Assembly: GCA_963662285.2 (NCBI GenBank)
Contig: CAXXMV010000008.1
Coordinates: 1,088,001-1,152,000, forward strand
DNA: 64,000 nucleotides
From: a bacterium
Lineage (GTDB): Bacteria; Hinthialibacterota; Hinthialibacteria; Hinthialibacterales; Hinthialibacteraceae
Reading direction: 5' to 3'
Below are positions 39,654 through 50,752 of the stretch, in pieces (within the stretch, counting starts at the first letter, position 1; every line of letters starts with the position of its first letter). The notes below the pieces were generated by a model. The model saw only the letters and a program-made list of their open reading frames with translations. It did not search any database and had not been told where the DNA came from. Both the position numbers and the translations under genes were made by a program.

Positions 39654-42071
39654 ATGAAAGTATTGATTGCTGATGATGATGCCGGAACTCTCTTAATGCT
39701 GGAATCTTATGTTAAAAAATGGGGTTATGAAACAATAACAGTTTGCGATGGAGCAAAAGCATGGGAAATTCTTAGCAAAAAGAACTCTCCCCAACTCGCT
39801 ATTCTAGACTGGATGATGCCAGGTATGGATGGCATCGAGGTTTGCTTAAAAGTCAAACAAATTCAAAGCAATTCTTACAGTTACATAATTCTGGTCTCAG
39901 GCAAAAGTCAAACGGTAGACATCATTACAGGTTTTGAAGCAGGCGCCGATGACTTTTTGACTAAACCAATACATCCAGACATCCTACGCAGCCGCCTGGT
40001 GGTCGGCGCCAGAATTTTAGAATACGAGAAATCGCTATTAAAGAAAAATATCGCCCTAAACAAAGCCAAAGAACTTGCCGAACAAGCCAGCAAGACGAAA
40101 GCGCAGTTTCTGGCTAACATGAGCCATGAGATACGAACGCCAATGAACGCCATTATCGGCATGAGCGACCTGGCGCTAGACACAAAATTAGACGACGAAC
40201 AATACGAGTATTTGAATATAATAAAATCATCTTCAGAATCTCTGCTGGTTCTTCTTAACGATATTCTTGACTTCTCGAAAATTGAAGCGGGGAAACTTGA
40301 TTTAAATCCTCATGATTTCTTATTGAGAGACAGTATCAGCGAAATGCTGCACTCAATCGCTATCCGTGCGCATGCCAAAAATCTTGAATTATTATTTCAC
40401 ATTAAAAACGATGTGCCCGATGCGCTTAATGGCGATCCAGCGCGACTCAGACAAATCATCGTCAACCTCGCAGGCAACTCCGTCAAATTCACCGAAAAAG
40501 GTGAAATTAAAATCACGGTAAGCCAAGAGATGGAGATGGGCAACGAAATAATTCTCCATTTTGAAATAAAAGATACCGGGATTGGCGTTCCTAAAGACAA
40601 ACAAGACATTATTTTCCAGGAGTTCGATCAGGCGGATTCATCAATCACACGTCAATATGGCGGAACCGGTCTCGGGCTGGCCATCTCTGCCAAACTTGTC
40701 GCAATGATGGGAGGAAAAATATGGATAGAAAGCCCTACTCCCAATCGGGATAAACATTCCGTTGGCGGACCAGGCAGCACTTTTCATTTCACCGTGCGTT
40801 TCAAAGTTAACCGGGATATTGGCGCTCACACCCCAAAAATTTTGGCGGAAATTCCAATATTAATTATTGATAACAACCAATCCAACATTCAAATTATTCA
40901 GGATTACGCCAACTGCTGGAGCATGAAACCCCGTATTGCGGATAACATTGAAGAAGCAATTAAGATATCTCAATTAGCTTTTCAACAGGGTTCTCCTATT
41001 CCCATTATCCTGCTCAATCAGGAATTATTAGACGCTGACCAAAATAACTTTATAGAAAAGATCAAAAGCGATCCAGCGCTAATAAGTTCTAAAATAATCT
41101 TAATGAGTTTATTAGGCGTAAAAAAGGATTTTAAGAAATCTTTGTTCCATGCACTCCTGACAAAACCAATTAAGCTATCAGATTTATTAGAAGCAATAGA
41201 ATCAGCATTAGGGATAGAAAACGAAAAAATAAATAATGCAAATAAAATTGAAGCATTAACTCAAACAATGTCGCCCCTGAATGTTTTATTGGCCGAAGAT
41301 AATCCCTTTAATCAGAAATTGGCGATTATGCTGCTTAAGAAGCATGGACATCAGGTAACTCTGGCCAATAATGGCCGGGAAGCCGTTGAATTATACCGCC
41401 ATAACCCATTCGACCTTATTTTAATGGATGTTCACATGCCGCAAATGGATGGTATTGAAGCCACAAAACAGATACGAATAATTGAAGCGAAAACCGATAC
41501 TCATATCCCCATCCTCGCCGTCACAGCCGCAGCTCTGAAAGATGATATGGCAATTTGCCTTGAAGCTGGTATGGACGACTACATCTCCAAACCTATCAGA
41601 GCCGATGAAATGTTTGTAAAAATTAAATTTTTAACAGAACAAAATTATTGCAATACATCTCATTCCAAACCTGAAGTTACTCCATCAGATCAAAATTCCG
41701 ATAATACACTAATAAATCAAGCAACAACTAAATCCTCCATTGATAAAGAAGCCATCCTCGAACAGGTCGACGGAAACATGGAAGACCTCAAAGATTTACT
41801 GATTACTTTTATTGAGAATACCGACCAAATGATGGCGAAGATTGGTAATGCTGTTGAAAATATGGACTGCGCAGCTTTACGGGAATCAGCCCACAGTCTT
41901 AAAGGAACAGTAGGCTTCTTTGGAGCGCAACAAGCGCGAGAGGCCGCGCTGCAACTTGAGATGATGGGCCGTAACGGTGAGACCAAAGATATTCAGAAAG
42001 TCTGGTCAATTCTTCAAAGCGATATGCAAAACCTTAAAGAGGAATTGTCGTCTCTTGGTTGGATTAATTAG
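39654..42071 (+). CDS. Cytoplasmic hybrid histidine kinase (REC-HisKA-HATPase-pseudoREC-REC-Hpt)
   Basis: ILDWMMP; [16 protein letters not shown]; [10 protein letters not shown]; DTGIG; GGTGLGL; degenerate middle REC (IILLNQ); LMDVHMP; AHSLKG Hpt. Confidence 0.92.
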   Translation: MKVLIADDDAGTLLMLESYVKKWGYETITVCDGAKAWEILSKKNSPQLAILDWMMPGMDGIEVCLKVKQIQSNSYSYIILVSGKSQTVDIITGFEAGADDFLTKPIHPDILRSRLVVGARILEYEKSLLKKNIALNKAKELAEQASKTKAQFLANMSHEIRTPMNAIIGMSDLALDTKLDDEQYEYLNIIKSSSESLLVLLNDILDFSKIEAGKLDLNPHDFLLRDSISEMLHSIAIRAHAKNLELLFHIKNDVPDALNGDPARLRQIIVNLAGNSVKFTEKGEIKITVSQEMEMGNEIILHFEIKDTGIGVPKDKQDIIFQEFDQADSSITRQYGGTGLGLAISAKLVAMMGGKIWIESPTPNRDKHSVGGPGSTFHFTVRFKVNRDIGAHTPKILAEIPILIIDNNQSNIQIIQDYANCWSMKPRIADNIEEAIKISQLAFQQGSPIPIILLNQELLDADQNNFIEKIKSDPALISSKIILMSLLGVKKDFKKSLFHALLTKPIKLSDLLEAIESALGIENEKINNANKIEALTQTMSPLNVLLAEDNPFNQKLAIMLLKKHGHQVTLANNGREAVELYRHNPFDLILMDVHMPQMDGIEATKQIRIIEAKTDTHIPILAVTAAALKDDMAICLEAGMDDYISKPIRADEMFVKIKFLTEQNYCNTSHSKPEVTPSDQNSDNTLINQATTKSSIDKEAILEQVDGNMEDLKDLLITFIENTDQMMAKIGNAVENMDCAALRESAHSLKGTVGFFGAQQAREAALQLEMMGRNGETKDIQKVWSILQSDMQNLKEELSSLGWIN

Positions 42072-42087
42072 AAAAAGTTAAATAACT

Positions 42088-42720
42088 TTATCCACCGATC
42101 AGGCCGCTGACAGGAATGTCACCGCCGAAGAATCCTAAATCACCGGGGCTAATGATGCCATTGCTGGGATTATAAACCGACTCACCGGGGAAACGATTAA
42201 ACTTTGGAAATGGAAAATCAATAATAAACGAATCCATCTGATCCGGACCCATGCTGGCCAAAGCGAAAGCTTCCTTCCTTAAGTCCTTTAATCCCTGCAA
42301 GTCAGCAAAATTCATATAAGGAGTGTAAGTATATGAATTTTTCAATAGCGGCAGCGCTTTAAGCACCTCTTGATCATCAAAAGCAGGTCTTCCCGGTTCA
42401 GGCGGAGGTTCTTCGTATTCAGTAACCGGACCAAAAGGATCCTTCACATTCACCATATTTATATAAGCAACCGGCGTGGTTAGATCAGGTAATAAGTAAT
42501 CCGCAAAAAATTTCATATCGCTATTTTTACGGGGGTAGATATTCCGGTCTAGCCGATAGGTTTGTAAAGCGTCGCCTAATGTCTTGAGGTCTATTTTGGC
42601 TACAGCCAAGCGGCTTTTTATCATAGCATCCCGATAATTGGGAACCGCGATAGCCGCCAGTATTCCCAGAACCGCTACAACTATTAATAGTTCTATTAAG
42701 GTAAAACCGTTCTTAATCAT
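42088..42720 (-). CDS. Type IV pilin/pseudopilin-like protein (GspG-like N-terminus)
   Basis: NG|FTLIELLIVVAVLGILAAIAVPNY class III signal. C-terminal SMGPD...YNPSNGIISPGD. Confidence 0.85.
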   Translation of the reverse strand: MIKNGFTLIELLIVVAVLGILAAIAVPNYRDAMIKSRLAVAKIDLKTLGDALQTYRLDRNIYPRKNSDMKFFADYLLPDLTTPVAYINMVNVKDPFGPVTEYEEPPPEPGRPAFDDQEVLKALPLLKNSYTYTPYMNFADLQGLKDLRKEAFALASMGPDQMDSFIIDFPFPKFNRFPGESVYNPSNGIISPGDLGFFGGDIPVSGLIGG

Positions 42721-43676
42721 GGTTGCACGCCTGATAACGGGGTTGGCGCCGCTAAAGAAGGATAGTATATCCTCAATTCTTCCTGGTTGCGTCTTTGGTG
42801 TATATCATTGACCCAGCGAACCGTATTGCTTAAATTAACCGATGCCGGAGCAGTGGGATTCTTTAAGGGCTGCACCATGCTTTTCATGCCCATTGCCACC
42901 TTGACTGATGCTTGTCCACTCAACACTTCCACGACGCCGCGCGTGACTTTTACGGTTGACGTCCCCCGCGCCACGGATATCTCGAAAGCGGTTCCCAAGA
43001 CGCGAACCATTCCAGATGGAAGTTGGACTATGAATCCGCTCTTTTGCTTGGGGATATTAAAGAAGGCTTTCCCACGATCAATCCTGACATTTTTGCGCCC
43101 CATAAAAGTTACTTGCGAAAGTGGCGCTACGCATATTTCGGCGCCGCTTTTAAGATGTACGATACTCTCCGCCCCTTGAGTTGTTTGAACCGTAGTATTG
43201 CTTTTCAGAGTATGACCTTTGTTGGCGTTAAGCGATCCATTGGCATGAGCCAGAACTCTACCGCTTTTGTAATCAAATTCTCCGATAGTATTTACTGTAG
43301 TATTAATCCAAAATCCTAATGGGATTAATATTATCAGCAATACAGTTAATGATGTTAGCAAACGGTAGGAATGCTGATGAAAAATGGAAAACCATCCAGT
43401 TGAATCCAAGTCAAAATCCCTGCGCGTCGAATCGGTTAGAGCTGCGCGGCGCTTCTCGCGTAATGCCTGCTCGGTCAACCTTTCATAGAATTTCTCTTCG
43501 GGCGTCCACTCAATGCGATTGGGACGCAGCAGATTAGTCCAACCTTTAACGCTTTCCAACTCAATGCGGCATTTTTGACATTGATTCACATGGGTCTGTA
43601 AGCGTTCGGGTAATTCGGCATCGGGATGATCGATAACCCAATTAGTCATATCCTGAATAATAGAGGAACATTTCAT
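42717..43676 (-). CDS. FecR-domain anti-sigma factor with N-terminal zinc-binding motif
   Basis: HVNQCQKC (HxxxCxxC), one TM helix, FecR motifs GKAFF, VRVLGTAF, VTRGVVEV. Confidence 0.82.
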   Translation of the reverse strand: MKCSSIIQDMTNWVIDHPDAELPERLQTHVNQCQKCRIELESVKGWTNLLRPNRIEWTPEEKFYERLTEQALREKRRAALTDSTRRDFDLDSTGWFSIFHQHSYRLLTSLTVLLIILIPLGFWINTTVNTIGEFDYKSGRVLAHANGSLNANKGHTLKSNTTVQTTQGAESIVHLKSGAEICVAPLSQVTFMGRKNVRIDRGKAFFNIPKQKSGFIVQLPSGMVRVLGTAFEISVARGTSTVKVTRGVVEVLSGQASVKVAMGMKSMVQPLKNPTAPASVNLSNTVRWVNDIHQRRNQEELRIYYPSLAAPTPLSGVQP

Positions 43677-44266
43677 GAGAATAATTCCTCCTCAGTCAAC
43701 CCTTCCTGCCGGGCGTATTTGCGTAGTGTTTTGAGCGCACGATGAATACGGGTATTAACTGTAGAAACAGGCAATTGCAATAACTCGGCCACGCTATCGC
43801 TTGATAGACCTTGTATCATTCGAAGCGTGACAATATCTCTATATTTAGGCGATAACCGATCCACTAATCCTCGAACCTTAACTTGAATCTCCTTGCGTAA
43901 AGATTCTCTTCGGGGATTAGGATCGGATGTTTTAATCTCCAGGTCAGCGTCTTCTAATATTTGATCGAGAGAAACGTTCATTTGCTTTTTCCGCTTATTG
44001 AAATCTTTATAAGCCAAGTTGCGGGCAATTTGAAAAAGCCAGGGTCCTAAAGGACGGCAAGGATCAACTTTTCCATGAGCGCGACAAGCGAGAAAAAAAG
44101 CTTCCTGGCTCAAGTCTACAGCTCTGTCGCGATCATGAATGAGATTAGCTGTAAAATTAACTACCGGAGCGAAATAATTCCTCGCGGCGGCCTCAAAAGC
44201 CCACCGTTCACCCCGGCAAAAACCGGCGCTGATTTCAAGATCGGTATACGAGATGTTAGATTCCAC
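43673..44266 (-). CDS. ECF RNA polymerase sigma factor
   Basis: AVDLSQEAF, PWLFQIARN, region 4 LPVSTVNTRIHRA. Confidence 0.9.
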   Translation of the reverse strand: MESNISYTDLEISAGFCRGERWAFEAAARNYFAPVVNFTANLIHDRDRAVDLSQEAFFLACRAHGKVDPCRPLGPWLFQIARNLAYKDFNKRKKQMNVSLDQILEDADLEIKTSDPNPRRESLRKEIQVKVRGLVDRLSPKYRDIVTLRMIQGLSSDSVAELLQLPVSTVNTRIHRALKTLRKYARQEGLTEEELFS

Positions 44267-44513
44267 TTATTCACCCTACGCACATACTCGTCCTTCCCCA
44301 GCCATTGATTATTCATTCATACTTATTTAATCAACATAAATACTAGAAATCATATTGGCTTTCACATTAATATATCCGGCAGGGAGAAGAAATATTTCAA
44401 TTTTTATGAGGATTTTTTTAACAGCAACTTGAAAATCAGTAAGTTGTATTTTAACAGCAAGTTACAGACATTTAAATAAGAATAACCGATGAGTATAATA
44501 ACATATATTCTAT

Positions 44514-46034
44514 TTATTTTTCTTCTCTGGAGAATAAGAGACTGCGATTAGACAGAAGGCTTTGAAATAATATTTTACCCTGAATGACATATACTATCCC
44601 AGGATTTTCGAGGGGTGATTCTCCAGGCAATGCCTGAACAGGGGCGCCGATGATGACATCACATAATCCATCGCCCTGAATGTCGCCTAAACCGGCAATT
44701 GAAGCTCCAAAAGCGCCAAATGGTTGGGTTCCTTCTACTACTACATATTCAACAGGAGATAATTCACCAATACACATGGGTTGAGTATTGATTATATCAG
44801 GCCATTTCTCGCCGCCAAATAAAAAGATTACCCGACCAGCATGCACTTTGTCGCGTACCGAATCCATAGGTAAGCCAATTGCTATGTCAGCGTATCCATC
44901 TCCGTTGACGTCGCCAACTCCATTGGCAATCTGTACGCTGTTATTTGCATTTTTAATAACGGTTCCCATCTCAGGCGTGAGAGAATGCAGGTCCATTTTA
45001 CCCGGCAAATCTTTACCTCCCCATAACAGGAAGACAGATTGATCTTCCATACCAATAAGAAGATCGGGGAAGCCATCACCATTCACATCACCAGCGTTTT
45101 TAACAAAACGATCAGCATGATCAATAACGATATCGTATTCAGCAGTGTCAACCGATTCTCTACCTTTGATAAGAAAGGCGCGTCCTTTATTATCAGCGCC
45201 TCCTTTGGAGGCGACAATAACTATGTCCGATAATCCATCTGCATCAATATCGATATCACCGCAAACCTTTTGTCCCGCCCTGGTTCCAGCTATTTCACGA
45301 ATGGAGAAGGTATTATCACTTGGGATGCGGGAATCTATTTGAGCAGGGAGTTGTGAATTTCCGTAAATTACAGTAACACGGCAAGCATCATATTCTGTTT
45401 CTTTGGTTCCACTTTTAACTTGAATCTTTTGCGATTTGGGATTTCCAAAAAGAACATCGCTGAAACCATCGCCATTAAAATCACCCGCTCCGGCTACGGA
45501 AAAACCAGTATGAGTGACTACTACGCCTGATTCATTCAGATCGTTAATAGGAATCAAGCGTCGGGATTTTGAAGAACCAAAGATAATATATCCAGTTTTC
45601 AACACAGCAGATCCGATGACGATATCATCGAATCCGTCACCATTGACATCTTTCACACAATCAACCGCACTGCCAATTCGGGACTCAAAGCGTCCCATGA
45701 TTGTCACGCCATCAAAAGAGTTACTCGATAAATCAATTTCACCCCGGTCACGATTCAATTGAGCGCCCGAAACAATAAAAACAGCTCCATTATTATATTC
45801 ATTGCCGAAATCAACCGGTTCAAAGGAGGGAGCGCCAATTATTGCATCCCGGTAACCATCGCCGTTAAAATCACCGGCGGAAGCTACAGAAGCGCCTATT
45901 TCGTAATTTATTGTTCCAGGAAAGGTTATGCGAACCGCCCCTAGAGCATCAATTGTGATAACCGGCCCCGCCCAAACGGAAGAACCGATTAATAACAAGA
46001 TTATTAATGTAAAACAAAATTTATTGTTATACAA
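44514..46034 (-). CDS. Secreted FG-GAP / integrin-alpha beta-propeller repeat protein
   Basis: Signal peptide and seven GD(F/V/I)NGDG-x-x-D...IGAP-like repeats. Confidence 0.9.
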   Translation of the reverse strand: MYNNKFCFTLIILLLIGSSVWAGPVITIDALGAVRITFPGTINYEIGASVASAGDFNGDGYRDAIIGAPSFEPVDFGNEYNNGAVFIVSGAQLNRDRGEIDLSSNSFDGVTIMGRFESRIGSAVDCVKDVNGDGFDDIVIGSAVLKTGYIIFGSSKSRRLIPINDLNESGVVVTHTGFSVAGAGDFNGDGFSDVLFGNPKSQKIQVKSGTKETEYDACRVTVIYGNSQLPAQIDSRIPSDNTFSIREIAGTRAGQKVCGDIDIDADGLSDIVIVASKGGADNKGRAFLIKGRESVDTAEYDIVIDHADRFVKNAGDVNGDGFPDLLIGMEDQSVFLLWGGKDLPGKMDLHSLTPEMGTVIKNANNSVQIANGVGDVNGDGYADIAIGLPMDSVRDKVHAGRVIFLFGGEKWPDIINTQPMCIGELSPVEYVVVEGTQPFGAFGASIAGLGDIQGDGLCDVIIGAPVQALPGESPLENPGIVYVIQGKILFQSLLSNRSLLFSREEK

Positions 46035-46266
46035 TGTCCATCCCTGCCAGATATGGATTGTAAGTACAAGTTATAGAGTGGTTTTATCACGAAAACCATA
46101 TAAAGTAAATAGGAAACAGATAAATGCAACTTTATAGTCAGTATATCATCAATCACCATAACCACCAGGAATGACATACTTTATGTTATTTTTATCAACC
46201 AGATCAACATAAACAAGTTTAACTCTGATTAAAAAACCGCCTTTATACTGATGAGTTGGAAAATAC

Positions 46267-46309
46267 ATTAAGGATAATTCACAAAAATCTTTCGTGAATT
46301 ATCCTTAAT
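46267..46309. terminator. Perfect AT-rich hairpin downstream of the pilin gene
   Basis: 16-bp inverted repeat ATTAAGGATAATTCAC...GTGAATTATCCTTAAT. Confidence 0.5.
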
Positions 46310-46423
46310 TATCCTTAATGTAATATTGTCCTATAAACGTTTTCGGCTTATCACCGTTTCATCTTAATTAATCGTACAAAAAACAGTTATGACTATAGTC
46401 AAGAGTTATTGGTAATGAGGCGA

Positions 46424-47059
46424 TCAGTTGCCGATTCGAACTATATCTCCATCGCTCATCAGACCATTACTTGAATCATAAGGCAATCCACGCAAAACGC
46501 CGGGATTCCGACCTATTCCCATAGCGCCATCAGGTCCAATACTGATTAGAGCAAATTCCTTTTCTTTCAATGGCCTTAAGTTATAAAGCGGCGCGTTGGC
46601 TGCTTTATAAAGATCTATGCCAAAATCTTCTCCACGACCCGGTTCATTATCAAAATAGATATAACTTCTTCCCTGTTCATTCGCACTGAATCCAACATTC
46701 TTTTCACGTGGGCTGAATGGATCCTGGGGTAAAGAAGACATATAGGAAACTGGTGATGTCAAAGGATAGAATGGGCCTTCAAAAGTAGTATATGGCGGTT
46801 TAGGCCCCACGCTGCTGAAACTATTCTGCCAACGCGGTATAGCTATATCGGCATCATCATCCCAGAAGTCAAGCAGCATAACATTCTTATCCATAGTGAA
46901 CATTTGAATAGATGAAGAGACATTGCGCATATCCGCTTGGGTACGTGCAATTTTTGCTTTTAATTGGGCATTGAGAAAATTGGGTACGGCAATGGCGGCG
47001 AGAATGCCGATAATCGCTACGACTATAAGTAATTCAATTAAAGTAAAAGCGCGCTTCAT
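46424..47059 (-). CDS. Type IV pilin/pseudopilin-like protein
   Basis: RA|FTLIELLIVVAIIGILAAIAVPNFLNAQ, LTSPVSY, SIGPD, YDSSNGLMSDGDI. Paralog of 42088-42720. Confidence 0.87.
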   Translation of the reverse strand: MKRAFTLIELLIVVAIIGILAAIAVPNFLNAQLKAKIARTQADMRNVSSSIQMFTMDKNVMLLDFWDDDADIAIPRWQNSFSSVGPKPPYTTFEGPFYPLTSPVSYMSSLPQDPFSPREKNVGFSANEQGRSYIYFDNEPGRGEDFGIDLYKAANAPLYNLRPLKEKEFALISIGPDGAMGIGRNPGVLRGLPYDSSNGLMSDGDIVRIGN

Positions 47060-47356
47060 TTTGATCTCCCTTATGTTATATGTGACTATTAATTTTAGAT
47101 ACCATTATAATGATGATTCCATTTTAGGGGAAATGACAATAATTTTGTAAAAACATGTCATAATATTAATCTAATATGATCTAGCAAGGATTAATATAAA
47201 CAATCTAACGTTAACGTTATTTATTCTAAAACATAAATCTAAAGTAAAACAACCGATTAGTATAGATCATCAAAACAAAATCATGTTTTTTTATGGGATT
47301 TTTCATCAAAAAAGTTATAGTTAACGGGAAGATTTAGTCGTTGATGCGATGAAACC

Positions 47357-47981
47357 GTGTATGCTCTGGATGCCTCAACCATAGATTTGTGTTTGTCGCT
47401 GTTTCCCTGGGTAAAATTCCGGCAACAGAAAGGAGCCGTTAAACTGCATACCCTGATCGACCTGGGGGGAAGCATTCCGGTCTTCATCCATATCACGGAT
47501 GGCAAGATTCACGATGTGAATGTCTTGCATGTTTTGTTTCCCGAACCCGGTTCGATTTACTTGATGGATCGGGGATATCTCGATTTCCAGCGCTTGTACG
47601 CAATGAACCGGGAGCGCGCCTTCTTTATTATTAGTTCGAAAAAAAACACGCAATTCGAACGTGTCTATTCCCGTCCTATCGATAAAAGCACGGGCTTGCG
47701 GTGCGATCAAACGATCGAACTGTCCAATGCGGATTACGCCAAGGATTATCCTGGCCATCGTCGCCATGTTGGATATTTTGACCGGGAGAAAAAAAAGGCG
47801 GTTTGATTATTTGACGAACAATTTCACGGTTCCGGCGTTGATCGTCGCAGACCTGTATCGTTGCCGGTGGCAGTTGGAACTATTCTTCAAATGGATCAAA
47901 CAACACCTGCGGATCAAAGCGTTTTATGGAATATCCGAAAACGCCGTCAAAACTCAAATCTGGATTGCGATCATCCCATAA
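47357..47981 (+). pseudogene. IS4 family transposase fragment (frameshifted, truncated at both ends)
   Basis: ALDASTIDLCL, KLHTLIDL and MDRGYLDF in one frame; YLTNN...YRCRWQLELFFKWIKQHLRIK in another. Shift near the A-run at about 47789-47796. Confidence 0.88.
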
Positions 47982-48074
47982 CTAAATGGAACTCAATAGA
48001 AAAAAGAGCAGGAAAGGAGTATCGTTTTCTTTGACAAACCAAGAAGCACTGAAAGTGCTCAGGAAGGAAACGAC

Positions 48075-48788
48075 ATGTCACCCTCTCCCATGCCAACCGG
48101 AACCGCAAGGCCGCCATGGCGCAAGATCTCTTTTGGGAAACATTTTCTCATCTGCACAAAAAGTTTTCCGCGCTTTGGAGGGCGAACCTTCAAGGGAATG
48201 CCTCGTCGGTTCAAGCGCACCATTAATGTGGTGGACTCAACCACGATCCAGCTCGTCCACAACTGCATCGACTGGGCGCGGCATCGCCGCAAAAAAGCCG
48301 CCGCCAAACTCCATCTCAGTCTCAACCTTCAGTCGTACCTTCCCCGCTTCGTTTTGGTAGACAGCGCCCGTCACAGCGATCCCAAAAAGGCCTGGCAACT
48401 CTGCGCCCTCATGGGCCAGGGCGAAATCGTCGTCTTCGACAAAGCCTACGTCGATTTCAGCCATCTCAATGACCTCAACCAACGAGGCGTTTTCTGGGTC
48501 ACAATCGCAACGCTATTTTGTGGCAAATTTGGACAGCGCTCCTACTTTATATTTTGCTGCGTTTTCTTGTCTTTTCCAACAGTTGGAATGCCGGGTTCAA
48601 ACGGCTCTTTTGCTTGTTGCGTTCCTGCGTCTGGGATACCTTTTCCATAATCAAATTGCTTGCATCCTGTGGGACAGCACGCGGTGCGCCACGCCATGTC
48701 GCTACGGCGCACCACGCATATTTGCCTGGTTTTATCCCCTTTGAGGAGAATTAGGCAATTGGCTCAGTCGATCCTATGGGACAGCAGT
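48075..48788 (+). pseudogene. Second IS4 family transposase remnant with internal deletion and right terminal inverted repeat
   Basis: VDSTTIQL, KKAAAKLH, VFDKAYVDF, then a jump to C-terminal QIWTALLLYILLRF. IS4-type end CTATGGGACAGCAGT at about 48774-48788. Confidence 0.8.
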
Positions 48789-49073
48789 TGACCGCGTTGG
48801 ATAGGGAATCTGGGTGGTAAGAAAAAAAGTCTGCGTTTTCTTTGAAGTATGTGGTGGTGCTTGATCCATTACTACGACTAAGTGTCTTCTCTTATGGTGT
48901 TTCAATAATTGATCCAGAAAATGGATCACTTCGTCCGATGCTATTCTTTTAGGTTTCAGTGGAATATTTTAGTATGCTTATGATGGACATGTCTCGAAGA
49001 ACGATTGAAATAGAGGGCTTTGGGAAATTAATTCTCAGAGCCCTCTATTTTTCTGAATCTTGAAGGTGACAAA

Positions 49074-49307
49074 ATGGAAATAAACAATCCCAACCAATCG
49101 ATCAAATCAGAAACACGGCCAGTGGAGTATCTAACCCGACAGAAAGCAGCAGATTATCTCCGTATATCGGTGCGATTGTTGGATCAGAAAGCGGCAGTCG
49201 GGGAGATCGCATATTAGAAGTTGGGGAATGGTCCGACTAGCCGTGTATTGTACAAATTCATTGACCTCAAGAAGTATATCGAAAAAAAGTGCCGGGTTGA
49301 GATATAA
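49074..49307 (+). pseudogene. Excisionase-like HTH_17 protein with premature stop
   Basis: Translates MEINNPNQSIKSETRPVEYLTRQKAADYLRISVRLLDQKAAVGEIAY*KLGNGPTSRVLYKFIDLKKYIEKKCRVEI*. In-frame TAG at 49215-49217; absent from the ORF track. Confidence 0.7.
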
Positions 49308-49414
49308 TGTGTTTAGAGAGACCACGGATTAAAACCGTTGGTCACCATTTGGTCACCATCACCAAAACGGGAAAATGGATAAATTCGTAAGTCAAATTTT
49401 TTGTGGGTATTAAA

Positions 49415-49461
49415 TGGTGGGCCATATAGGAATTGAACCTATAACCTGCCGATTAAGAGTC
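49415..49461 (-). mobile_element. att site: 3' half of tRNA-Lys(CTT), not an intact tRNA
   Basis: Minus strand GACTCTTAATCGGCAGGTTATAGGTTCAATTCCTATATGGCCCACCA gives the anticodon loop (CTT), T-arm, acceptor 3' strand and CCA. No D-arm or 5' acceptor strand. About 240 bp from the integrase. Confidence 0.85.
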
Positions 49462-49699
49462 ATTTGATGCACTGATTTTTCTAATTCTTCATATCTTCTT
49501 ATGAGTCAATATTTTATAACGTAATTCACATGATGTCAATAGTTTATAGCGATATTTTTTTGTGACGTCTTTTCACGTTGAGTCACTTTTTCGTTCATGA
49601 AACGCCGCATAATCTGAGTCAAAAATGAGTCAGTTTATATTCCCATTAAATCAAAAATCGGCTATATTATTGTAGAGATTCCAATTGAAAGGACCGGGG

Positions 49700-50734
49700 A
49701 TGTCTCATCTCACTAAACGAAAAGGCTCTTCATACTGGCATATTCGCTACACGCATCCCATAACAGGAAAAACGACTTTTAAGAGCACGAAATCAAAAGA
49801 ATATAGGCAGGCTTTGAGTCTGAAAAAAGAATTCGATAAAAAGATGGCGAAAGGGGCCATGGCGGAGGTAGTAGGAAGCAAAGGTACGCTTGCTGAACTC
49901 GCCGAGAAATATTGTGAGTGGGTGAAAGATAGACGATCACCGAAATGGTCGATGCAATTGGGAAGAATGATCAATAATGAGATTTTGCCATTTATCGGTA
50001 AAAATACCCGGATTACAAAAATCACGAAAAACAAACTCTATTCGTTTCAGACCTACTTGATCGACAGAAAACTTTCGAAACGTACCGTTAATCTGTACGT
50101 CGGAACCCTTCGCGCAATGTTGAGAAAAGTACCGGAATGGTATTCCACATTAAGAGATTGGAATCCTCCACGTATTGAGGAACTTCGTTTGGAAGTAAAA
50201 CCGCCCCGGTTCTTTTCGGAAGAAGAATGCGATCACCTGCTACATGTTGCGAAAGAATATAGCGAGCCCATTTATCTGACAGTAGCGTTTGCCCGGTACT
50301 GTGGTTTCCGCAAGAGCGAAATCATGAGGCTAAAATGGGAAGACATCGACCTGAAGGAGAATCGCATCATGGTTGATACAAGAAAGAACAAACACTTTCT
50401 TGGCGTTCCAATCCATCCAAAACTTGCTGAGATTCTGATGACGATTCCCAAAACTGAACGAGAAGGGCAAGTCATTAAAAAGAAAGGCGAGGGATTTCGC
50501 CTCGATATCCGTTACCCTTGGGAACAAGTTCGAAAAATCGCTGGCGAAAAGCATGGCGTTCGGCAGGATTTGGGATTACATGGACTCCGGCATTCTTTTG
50601 GCGCTCATCTCGCTCAAAAAGGAGTTGGGATTCACGCCCTTCGCGAATTAATGGGTCATAAAGATCTTCAGGTCACACAACGATACGCTCATCTCAATGA
50701 TGAACGGTTAAGAGAAGATATTGAAAAACTGTAA
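49700..50734 (+). CDS. Tyrosine recombinase/integrase
   Basis: Arm-binding-like N-terminus (YWHIRY), catalytic R (GFRKSE), HGLRHSFG, LMGH, TQRYAH. Confidence 0.93.
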   Translation: MSHLTKRKGSSYWHIRYTHPITGKTTFKSTKSKEYRQALSLKKEFDKKMAKGAMAEVVGSKGTLAELAEKYCEWVKDRRSPKWSMQLGRMINNEILPFIGKNTRITKITKNKLYSFQTYLIDRKLSKRTVNLYVGTLRAMLRKVPEWYSTLRDWNPPRIEELRLEVKPPRFFSEEECDHLLHVAKEYSEPIYLTVAFARYCGFRKSEIMRLKWEDIDLKENRIMVDTRKNKHFLGVPIHPKLAEILMTIPKTEREGQVIKKKGEGFRLDIRYPWEQVRKIAGEKHGVRQDLGLHGLRHSFGAHLAQKGVGIHALRELMGHKDLQVTQRYAHLNDERLREDIEKL

Positions 50735-50752
50735 TTATTACAGGGAGGATCA

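Noticed and set aside
44514-46034. Integrin-like repeats as evidence of eukaryotic gene transfer
   Set aside because: FG-GAP repeat proteins are widespread in bacteria.
49215-49217. Stop-codon recoding (pyrrolysine/readthrough) in the excisionase
   Set aside because: TAG is a normal stop in other genes here, and the gene sits among decayed IS remnants, so a nonsense mutation is simpler.
49415-49490. Intact tRNA-Lys gene
   Set aside because: Only the 3' 47 nt are tRNA-like. The 5' anticodon stem does not fully pair, and there is no D-arm or 5' acceptor strand, so it is called an att fragment.
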